Source: a virus
Lineage: Duplodnaviria; Caudoviricetes
DNA length: 59,160 nt
Direction: 5' to 3' (one strand)
Virus record (IMG/VR): IMGVR_UViG_3300046504_000185
Span: 1-59,160 of that record
A model generated the notes under the pieces. That model was not told the origin of the DNA and made no database searches. It saw only the letters and a program-made list of their open reading frames with translations. Within the stretch, counting starts at the first letter, position 1. Every line of letters starts with the position of its first letter. Of the stretch, positions 28,800 to 36,836 are shown one piece after another. Both the position numbers and the translations under genes were made by a program.

Positions 28800-29051
28800 A
28801 TGACAGATTTTAGTAATATCAACGATAATCCTCAATTGTACAGTCCTGGTGCATCAACATTAATTGATGAAGCATCAAGCACTGAATATTATATTGGTAC
28901 TTCAAGTGGTAGTGCTAAAGGCGAAAATATAGCATCTTGGAGCATTAAAAAAATATGGAAAGATGGCAATATATGGAGAACTCAGTTTCCTAATGGTGAT
29001 CAATCATTTATTTTTGTTTGGAATGACAGATTAATATATACATATCAATAA
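28800..29051 (+). CDS. small hypothetical virion protein
   Basis: YIG......W.IKKI.....F..VWNDR...TY pattern; preceded by GTATTTATA. Confidence 0.7.
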   Translation: MTDFSNINDNPQLYSPGASTLIDEASSTEYYIGTSSGSAKGENIASWSIKKIWKDGNIWRTQFPNGDQSFIFVWNDRLIYTYQ

Positions 29052-29071
29052 TTTAACACATAAGATGGTTT

Positions 29072-29100
29072 AAAGGGAGAGATTTATTTTCTCCCTTTTT
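29072..29100 (+). terminator. Rho-independent terminator
   Basis: aaagggaga/tctcccttt plus T tract. Confidence 0.55.
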
Positions 29101-29158
29101 CTTTTATAATCAATACCAAATTGTTTTATTCTTAGTATTTATTAAAAACAATATATAC

Positions 29159-31501
29159 ATGGCAACATTTACAATAGATTTATTAACAGACAATCAATAT
29201 TTATTCAGTGGTGATTTTAGTGGAAGTGGCGGTACACCTACTTCGGGAGTTACAATAGCACGTAACGGTTTATGTATAAATGGTCAGACAGTTAAACTTG
29301 GCGGTATATTGTGCTGTGCCACAACTCTTACGGCACTTAATGGTACATCATTATCATTCATAGATTTACGTACAACAAAAGTTGGTATTCAATATGGCGG
29401 TGATTATAGCAGTGGCTTTACTGCATGTTCTCTTGTTGATAAGGAATATGTTGATTCAAAAACATCTGGTGGTACTATAGGTTGGTCGAATTTATTAAAT
29501 GGATCAACGGTTGTTGGTTGTGGAACTCCCGTAAGTGGTGGTTCTTTATGCCAAAATACTTTATTTGGCGTTCAGGCAGGTAATAGCATAACTACAGGTA
29601 ATGGTAATATTGCTGTTGGTTTTCAAACACTTTATGCAAATACAACAGGCAGTAATAATTTTGCTGGTGGTAGTATGGCACTATATAATAATGATGGTGG
29701 TTATAACAATTCAGCAATTGGTTTTCAAGCACTTTATTATAACTCATGCGGTTATAACAACACAGCAATTGGTTTTCAAGCACTTTATGAAAATATAAGT
29801 GGCAATGATAATGTTGCTATTGGTTTTAATGCACTTTTATATAATACATGTGGTAGTGCTAATATTGCAATTGGTAATTCAGCACTTTTATATAATATAA
29901 GTGGTACTCATAATATTGCTTTGGGCATTTATGCTCTTCAAAATAATATTGATGGTAACAATAATATTGCAAATGGTTATGCAGCACTTGCTTCAAATAC
30001 AAGTGGTACTGACAACATTGCAAATGGCAACATGGCACTTTTGCTTAATACAATAGGCAATAATAACGTTGCAAATGGTAACAATGCACTCTATAATAAT
30101 GTTAGTGGTAATGATAATATTGCAAACGGACTTCAAGCACTTGCGGACAACACAATTGGTTGTGATAATATAGCAAATGGTAATCAAGCACTTCTGAATA
30201 ATACAATAGGTTGCAACAATATTGCAAATGGTCATCAAGCACTTACAAGTAATATTTGCGGTAATGATAACATTGCAAATGGTCAGGCTGCACTTTTGAA
30301 CAATACCTGTGGTAATAATAATATTGCAAACGGCAATTCCGCAATGGGAAATAACATCAGTGGTAACAATAATATTGCAAATGGCAATACTGCACTTTTC
30401 TATAATACAATTGGTAATGATAATATTGCAAATGGTTATGTTGCTCTTTTGAACAATATTTGTGGTTGTGGTAATATTGCAAATGGTAATACTTCTCTTT
30501 ATGCAAATACTTGTGGTAATAACAACATTGCAAACGGTACTCAATCACTTCAAAGTAATGTCAGTGGTAATAACAACATTGCAAATGGTCTTCAAGCACT
30601 TTCAAGCAATATAAGTGGTAATGATAACATTGCAAATGGTTTTCAAGTACTTCAAGCAAATACAATTGGTAGTAATAATATTGCAAGTGGTAACGATACA
30701 CTTTTGATCAATACTTGTGGTAGTAATAATATTGCTTTAGGTTATCAAGTACTTTTTCATAATGTAATTGGTTGTAACAATATTGCTTTAGGTTATCAAG
30801 CAGGTTTCAATGAACTTGGTTCAAACAAATTATATATTACGAATAGCAGTACTGCACATCCATTAATTTATGGTGATTTTAGTGCAAATTGTGCAATTAT
30901 TTATGGTGCATTTAAAACAAGTGGTGCAACATCATTACTTGTAGCACCTTCAAATGGCACTTGTAGTAATAGTGTGTTAGTATGGGATTCAGCAACATGT
31001 TTGGTAAAAAAAGTACCTTATGTTAGTGGAAGTACTTTAGCATGGTCAACATTATCTGGTAGACCTGCATGGCTTACAGGTACAACATTATCAATATTTC
31101 AGACAGGACATACACATAGTCAGTATGCGTTGCAAAGTGCAATTAATACTTTCACAGGCACAACAGCACCAAATACTTATTTGAATAAATTAGTTACAAT
31201 AAATGCTCAAACAGGACTAACATATACTTTACTTTTAACAGATAATAGTAAAACAATAACTTTGACCAATGCATCTCCAATTACTGTAACAATTCCTGCT
31301 TTTTCTGGTGTTTCATTTTCAGTGGGAACATTAATAACATTAATCCAAGGTGGTACAGGTAAAGTTACTTTCAGTGGTGCAGCAGGAGTTACAATAAAAT
31401 CAAAATTAAGTAATAAATCAATTTCTGCACAGAATGTTGCTGTTTCTCTGCTTAAAGAAAGTACCAATACTTGGTATCTTATTGGTGATTTAAGTGCTTA
31501 A
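29159..31501 (+). CDS. fibre/adhesin-like protein with ~24 tandem 17-aa repeats and C-terminal adaptor domain
   Basis: NNIANG..AL..N..G repeats; C-terminal TYTL...D.....ITVTIP...F..GT.I...Q.G.GKVTF...WYLIGDL. Confidence 0.8.
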   Translation: MATFTIDLLTDNQYLFSGDFSGSGGTPTSGVTIARNGLCINGQTVKLGGILCCATTLTALNGTSLSFIDLRTTKVGIQYGGDYSSGFTACSLVDKEYVDSKTSGGTIGWSNLLNGSTVVGCGTPVSGGSLCQNTLFGVQAGNSITTGNGNIAVGFQTLYANTTGSNNFAGGSMALYNNDGGYNNSAIGFQALYYNSCGYNNTAIGFQALYENISGNDNVAIGFNALLYNTCGSANIAIGNSALLYNISGTHNIALGIYALQNNIDGNNNIANGYAALASNTSGTDNIANGNMALLLNTIGNNNVANGNNALYNNVSGNDNIANGLQALADNTIGCDNIANGNQALLNNTIGCNNIANGHQALTSNICGNDNIANGQAALLNNTCGNNNIANGNSAMGNNISGNNNIANGNTALFYNTIGNDNIANGYVALLNNICGCGNIANGNTSLYANTCGNNNIANGTQSLQSNVSGNNNIANGLQALSSNISGNDNIANGFQVLQANTIGSNNIASGNDTLLINTCGSNNIALGYQVLFHNVIGCNNIALGYQAGFNELGSNKLYITNSSTAHPLIYGDFSANCAIIYGAFKTSGATSLLVAPSNGTCSNSVLVWDSATCLVKKVPYVSGSTLAWSTLSGRPAWLTGTTLSIFQTGHTHSQYALQSAINTFTGTTAPNTYLNKLVTINAQTGLTYTLLLTDNSKTITLTNASPITVTIPAFSGVSFSVGTLITLIQGGTGKVTFSGAAGVTIKSKLSNKSISAQNVAVSLLKESTNTWYLIGDLSA
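29579..30805 (+). repeat. 51-bp coding tandem repeat array
   Basis: aa(t/c)attgcaaatgg recurs with 51-nt period. Confidence 0.85.
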
Positions 31502-31517
31502 TTATATATAAATTAAA

Positions 31518-32912
31518 ATGTTTGGTTTAGGAGTAATATCATATAGCACAAGTAGTTTTAAGTTTACAATAACCACTATAGGCGCAAGTGAAACTATTAC
31601 ATTACCTTTAATTAATGGTGGTACTTATAATTTTGTTGCCAATTGGGGTGATGGAAGTGCTAATAGTGTCATAACTGCATATAATGTAAATAACACTCAT
31701 GTTTATGCTGCGATAGGAACTTATATAATTTCCATGTCGGGAATTTGTACCCAATTTGCTTTTAATAATGCCGGAACAAGTCGTTTAAGAGTAAAAAATA
31801 TATTAACAATTGCTGGTGACATGGGATTTACGGTTTTAAATTTTTATGGTTGCACAAGTTTAACCGGTATAACAAGTACTATGAGTAATTTAAAATCTCT
31901 AACTACTGCAAATAGTATGTTTTTTGGTTGTACGACATTAACAAGTGTTCCCGCAGGAATGTTTGATGGCTGTACTAAAATAACTGATTTTTTTGGCATT
32001 TTTGAAAACTGTCCATTAATTACAGTTCCTGCCGATTTATTTAAATATAATACTTTAGCAACAACATTTGCGGGCGCATTCTTGGGTTGTACAGCATTAA
32101 CATCTTTACCCACTGACATATTCAGATATAATACGTTGGTTACAACATTTGGTAGTGCTTTCAGAGCATGTACCCATTTACCTGCAATACCAGTTGATTT
32201 ATTCAGATACAATACTTTAGTCACTGACTTCTCTAATTTATTCTTGTCTTGTGCTTTATTGGCTTCAGTACCTGCAGATACATTTAGACATAATACATTA
32301 GTTACAAATTTCGGTAGTACTTTCAGAGGCTGTTCATTATTAACTACAGTACCTGTTGATACTTTTAGGTATAATACATTGGTTACAAACTTTACATATA
32401 CTTTTTATACTTGCATAGGATTTACTACAATACCAGTTGATTTGTTTAGATATAATACTTTAGTTACTGACTTCTCTAATGCTTTCAGAGGTTGTACAAC
32501 ATTAGCATCAATACCAATTGATTTGTTTAGATATAATACAGCAGTTGTGGCATTTGGCAGTACATTTAATGGTGATACATTATTAGCCACGTTACCTACT
32601 AATTTGTTTAAATATAATACGTCAACACTTGATTTCAGTTATGCATTTTATAATTGTCCAAAAGCACAACTTAATATAAATATATTCTATGCAAGTGGTG
32701 AAACTGGAACAAGATTCTTAAACAAATCAGTTAATTTTAATGGTTGCTTTGACAGAACCACATTTACTGGAGTTCAAGGAACTGCTCCTGATTTATGGAA
32801 TTGTAGTTTTGGAACAGGAACTCCGGTAAAAACCTTATGTTTTGGTGATGCAGGAAATAGTCTTGCCAGTTTAACCAACTATGCAAGTATTCCAGTAGCA
32901 TGGAGAACATAA
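31518..32912 (+). CDS. PKD-like + BspA/DUF285-type LRR protein, paralog of 21305
   Basis: ANWGDGS...HVY; 27-aa IPVDLFRYNTLVT.F...F..C repeats; RFLNKSVNF...QGTAPDLWN...GTPVKT cap shared with 21305. Confidence 0.8.
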   Translation: MFGLGVISYSTSSFKFTITTIGASETITLPLINGGTYNFVANWGDGSANSVITAYNVNNTHVYAAIGTYIISMSGICTQFAFNNAGTSRLRVKNILTIAGDMGFTVLNFYGCTSLTGITSTMSNLKSLTTANSMFFGCTTLTSVPAGMFDGCTKITDFFGIFENCPLITVPADLFKYNTLATTFAGAFLGCTALTSLPTDIFRYNTLVTTFGSAFRACTHLPAIPVDLFRYNTLVTDFSNLFLSCALLASVPADTFRHNTLVTNFGSTFRGCSLLTTVPVDTFRYNTLVTNFTYTFYTCIGFTTIPVDLFRYNTLVTDFSNAFRGCTTLASIPIDLFRYNTAVVAFGSTFNGDTLLATLPTNLFKYNTSTLDFSYAFYNCPKAQLNINIFYASGETGTRFLNKSVNFNGCFDRTTFTGVQGTAPDLWNCSFGTGTPVKTLCFGDAGNSLASLTNYASIPVAWRT

Positions 32913-32949
32913 TAATTAGAAATGTTTGTATTTATAATAAATATTAATC

Positions 32950-33363
32950 ATGAATTATAGTACATTTGATCTCAATAATTTTTTCATTAAAAAGGATAGT
33001 ACACTTCCTGAATTAACATATCCATTGGGTCAGCATACATTGGAGCAATATAAAGTTACTCCTAATATGCTTAATAATGTTGCTGTGACTTTTTCTATGA
33101 TAGATGCACAAACGGGTCTATATCGTATCGCCAATGTTCCTGCAAATCTTGTGATCAACAATGATAGACCTGATTTTCCTGCCGAATTACAATATACTCT
33201 TATGTATAGATTTAAATTGCCACAGACCTCAAAAGCAGGAAGATTTCTTGGTGAATTTAAAATCGATTTTCTTGGTGAAAATTGTGGAAAACTTACAATG
33301 CCTGTTGATAGTCAGATAAATATAATCATTTCTGACAGTATTACTAAAACAACTGTAGTATAA
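32950..33363 (+). CDS. BppU-like baseplate/tail Ig-fold protein
   Basis: FFIKKDSTLPEL...VTFSM...YRF...T..AGRFLGEFKIDF pattern. Confidence 0.55.
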   Translation: MNYSTFDLNNFFIKKDSTLPELTYPLGQHTLEQYKVTPNMLNNVAVTFSMIDAQTGLYRIANVPANLVINNDRPDFPAELQYTLMYRFKLPQTSKAGRFLGEFKIDFLGENCGKLTMPVDSQINIIISDSITKTTVV

Positions 33364-33366
33364 TCC

Positions 33367-33396
33367 TTGACATTCAAAAATTTTTAATTATCTTTG
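33367..33396 (+). promoter_or_regulatory. Bacteroidota-type promoter (TTGACA ... TATCTTTG)
   Basis: TATCTTTG at 33389-33396; implies the SNF2 start is ATG 33416. Confidence 0.6.
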
Positions 33397-33415
33397 CATG
33401 ATATTATGGTCATTC

Positions 33416-35224
33416 ATGGATAATTTACCAATTTTTGTAGTGCATTGCGAGAGAATACCAAGGAGATTGGCGTATTATCTCAGATTTCCGGTTAATGATC
33501 AACTTCTTTTTAGAATAAAAGAACTTCCTGAAGAAACCCGTAAATGGAATGCAGGTATGATGGTATGGGAAGTCAGTACACCTTCATTGCTTGCTCTTAT
33601 CAAGAAATACAGAGGTTCAAATAAAATTCATTTTGATTTCGGTAGTGAAGATAGTCGAAAGATATTCATACAACAGATTAAAAAGATAGAAATTTCTGAA
33701 GAAGAAAAACGTAAATTCATTGCTGATCTAAACATCAAAAAGGAACATTGGGTAAAATATAAACAAGAATTAGAGCAAGAGTATATAAAATATTCAGATC
33801 AATGCCATGCATTACTGAATGAAGGAGTTAAATTATATCCGCACCAAATCGTGGCAGCAATGTTCATGAATGTTACTCGTAACACGTTGATCTCTCACGA
33901 AATGGGGATAGGGAAAAGTTTGTCGAGCATACTTTATTGTGAAATGAATAATTTCAAAAGGGTTATGGTCATCACGCCTAATTCTCTGAAGTTTAATTTT
34001 TTAAATGAAGTGGAAAAATTCACGAAAAGTACTGCGCATATAATAAAATGGAGAAAAAATACGTGTGGTCTTGAAGATGCCAAGTATGTAATTGTTAATT
34101 ATGATTTTTTTAATCCTTCAAGTAAAGATAATTTTCTCACCAAATGGAAGAAATTAAAAATATCTGATATTGATTGTGTTATTTGTGATGAATGTCAGAA
34201 GTTAAAAAATACTAAAGCCAATACATATAAAAACTTTAAAAGAATTTTTGGACATAAAGATATTTTTAAAGATGGCAAAATATCTAAGATTTTCTTAAGT
34301 GGTACTCCTGCACCTAATAGGGCATTTGAACTTTATACCGTATTGAATCAAATATCACCAACAGATTTTGGTACAAAGAAATATTTTTATGAATATTATT
34401 GTGGTATGGTTTATGATTATTATGGTGGTTGGGGTTATATTACAGATACTGCAGAACAAAAACTCGAAGAACTTTATCACAAGATCGCACCATATACACA
34501 TAGAAAAAGGAAATTTGAAGTTCTCAAGGACCTTCCAGAGAAAATATATCAGAAGGTAATTTTGGAAATGGAAGATAAAGAGTATGCAGTATATGATAAA
34601 ATAGAAGATGGTGTCGCAAATGAGTTCGTAGAGCATCCTACGAACAATCCTTTAACTATTATGATCCGTTTGAGGCAATATACGTCCTCATTGAAAATTA
34701 AACACATCGCAGAATTAGTTGATAATATCTTAGAAACCGGAGAAAAGGTGGTTATCGTTGATTTCTTTAAAGAACCACTATATCAACTAAAAGAAGCATT
34801 TGGCGATATTGCGGGATTACATACTGGTGATCAAACAGTTGAAGAACGAGCAGAAATAGTTAAAATGTTTCAAGACCCACAAAGTGCAATGAAGGTTTTC
34901 ATTGGTTCAATACAAACATGTAATTATGGTTTGACCTTAACTGCAGCAAGTAAATTATTTATTATAACATTACCTTATTCTTATGGTGAATATCAGCAAG
35001 TTAGTGACAGATTACACCGAATAGGTCAAAAAAATGTTGTAAATATTTATCCATTAATGTTTAAAGATACAATTGATGATTATGTTTTTTCTGCAATTGA
35101 AAGTAAAACAAAAGAAATTATTAAGGTAATGGATAATGAAGACTATAAGTCGAATATTAATGAATCAGTATTAAGTGAAGTAATTGAAATAATTAAAAAT
35201 AAACATAAAAAATCTAATAATTAA
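33416..35224 (+). CDS. SNF2-family (SMARCAL1-like) helicase/ATPase
   Basis: LYPHQ, HEMGIGKS, DECQ, LSGTP, YGLTLTAA and DRLHRIGQ motifs. Confidence 0.9.
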   Translation: MDNLPIFVVHCERIPRRLAYYLRFPVNDQLLFRIKELPEETRKWNAGMMVWEVSTPSLLALIKKYRGSNKIHFDFGSEDSRKIFIQQIKKIEISEEEKRKFIADLNIKKEHWVKYKQELEQEYIKYSDQCHALLNEGVKLYPHQIVAAMFMNVTRNTLISHEMGIGKSLSSILYCEMNNFKRVMVITPNSLKFNFLNEVEKFTKSTAHIIKWRKNTCGLEDAKYVIVNYDFFNPSSKDNFLTKWKKLKISDIDCVICDECQKLKNTKANTYKNFKRIFGHKDIFKDGKISKIFLSGTPAPNRAFELYTVLNQISPTDFGTKKYFYEYYCGMVYDYYGGWGYITDTAEQKLEELYHKIAPYTHRKRKFEVLKDLPEKIYQKVILEMEDKEYAVYDKIEDGVANEFVEHPTNNPLTIMIRLRQYTSSLKIKHIAELVDNILETGEKVVIVDFFKEPLYQLKEAFGDIAGLHTGDQTVEERAEIVKMFQDPQSAMKVFIGSIQTCNYGLTLTAASKLFIITLPYSYGEYQQVSDRLHRIGQKNVVNIYPLMFKDTIDDYVFSAIESKTKEIIKVMDNEDYKSNINESVLSEVIEIIKNKHKKSNN

Positions 35225-35229
35225 TTTAT

Positions 35230-35897
35230 ATGATATTAGATGAATATGTTAAAATAAGATGGAATCAAAACAATAAAAAATATTATATTAAAAAAGGATA
35301 TAATTTTATTAAAATTGGTGATTTGTTTGACGTTAAAGTTGTTGATTTATCAAATGAAACGCATGTATTGGTCAATGTAAAATGTGATGTTTGTGGCAAA
35401 ATAAAAACAATAATATATAGGGAATATATTGCTAACATTAAAAACGGAAACTATTATTGCTGTTCAAGAAAATGTAGTATTGGTAAGAAAAATGAAAGTG
35501 TCTTAAAGAAATATGGAGTTAAAAATGTTTCACAATGTGAAGAAATTAAAGAAAAAAAATTGCAAACAAATATTAATAATTATGGTGAAATTTATATGAA
35601 ATATTTTCAGAGAAATTAAAATCACCAATACAACATGCATTAAATGGCGGTGAGAAAAAATTTGTTAGATACTATGTAGATGGCTATATTCCAAAGCATA
35701 ACATATGTATTGAATGGGATGAAAGACAACATAATGTAAAAAGAAAAATAGAAAGAGATAATAAGAAAGATGATTTCTTAAAAGAAACTTTTGGCTGTCA
35801 AATTATAAGAATTAAAGAAAAGGAATTTTTAAATAACGTTGATAATCAAACAGAATTTGTAATTAATACGATAAAAAACATGGTAAAAAATGAGTAA
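35230..35897 (+). pseudogene. frameshifted zinc-ribbon + Vsr/DUF559-like homing endonuclease
   Basis: Frame 0 (35230-35619): CDVC...CCSRKC and KKYGV repeats. The -1 frame is open 35589-35897 and encodes QHALNGGEK...YYVDGY...ICIEWDERQH...IIRIKE. Confidence 0.7.
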
Positions 35898-36816
35898 GAA
35901 AGTAGCAGTACTATTTTCAGGTGGATTGGACTCCACCTATTTAGTTTGGAAAAACTTGAGTGAGGGTAATGAAGTTCAACCAATCTATGTTGAAATAGAA
36001 AACAATAAAACAAAAACAATTTTGGAAAAAAACCGTACAAAATTACTGGTGAGAGAATTTGAAAAAGAATTTCCACTTAAAATTCATGATGTTAAACATA
36101 TTCTGAAAGTCAATGTTGATGCACAAGAAGATAGTCTGTATTTTAAACAAGTACCTGTTTGGCTTCTTGCAATAGTATTTGCACAGGATTTAAATGTTGA
36201 TGAAATACAGATTGCCTATGTTGCAAATGATGATGCAATCGGTTATCTACAGGACATTCAGAATGTTTATAAGGCGTATGAACCACTTATGAGGTATCTT
36301 AAACCTTTGGTGTTTCCACTTTCTAAGAAACCCAAGTATGATATGGCGCATGAACTACCAGAAATGTATCGTAAATATATTTTTAGTTGTGAATATGCAA
36401 AAATTGTTGGCAGTGAAGATGCAGAATTCATCGAATATGAACCATGTTGTGATTGCGTACCTTGTAGTCATGCAATACAAAATGGTTATTATGGTTTAGG
36501 TCAATTTCCTGACAACTATAAGAACAATCTTTTGAAGGTTCGTGCACGTGCAGTACATGACATGGGATGTGATGTAATAGATAAACAAGGCAGAAAATTT
36601 GATTATTGGAATGGTTTCGATGGTACTCCAACTGTTGATAAAGAATCAGAACCAAAGGTAGAATCTAAAGGTCCATATCAGATTGAAATTACTTTTCCTG
36701 ATACATTTAAATCTCCCGAAATTTCATATAAGGAACTGGATAGTTGTGATTTAAAATTACCGATGGCAAAAAAAGAGAGACCTGTAGAACTTAGTTTGAA
36801 AGCATTTCAAGGATAA
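35890..36816 (+). CDS. QueC-like PP-loop ATPase (7-cyano-7-deazaguanine synthase-like)
   Basis: VAVLFSGGLDSTY; PL...K; SC...PCCDCVPC zinc site. Confidence 0.7.
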   Translation: MSKKVAVLFSGGLDSTYLVWKNLSEGNEVQPIYVEIENNKTKTILEKNRTKLLVREFEKEFPLKIHDVKHILKVNVDAQEDSLYFKQVPVWLLAIVFAQDLNVDEIQIAYVANDDAIGYLQDIQNVYKAYEPLMRYLKPLVFPLSKKPKYDMAHELPEMYRKYIFSCEYAKIVGSEDAEFIEYEPCCDCVPCSHAIQNGYYGLGQFPDNYKNNLLKVRARAVHDMGCDVIDKQGRKFDYWNGFDGTPTVDKESEPKVESKGPYQIEITFPDTFKSPEISYKELDSCDLKLPMAKKERPVELSLKAFQG

Positions 36817-36836
36817 ATAAAAACAGAAAAATATAT

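Noticed and set aside
29579-30805. 51-bp periodic array as CRISPR or non-coding repeat
   Set aside because: It is an in-frame 17-aa protein repeat with synonymous variation.
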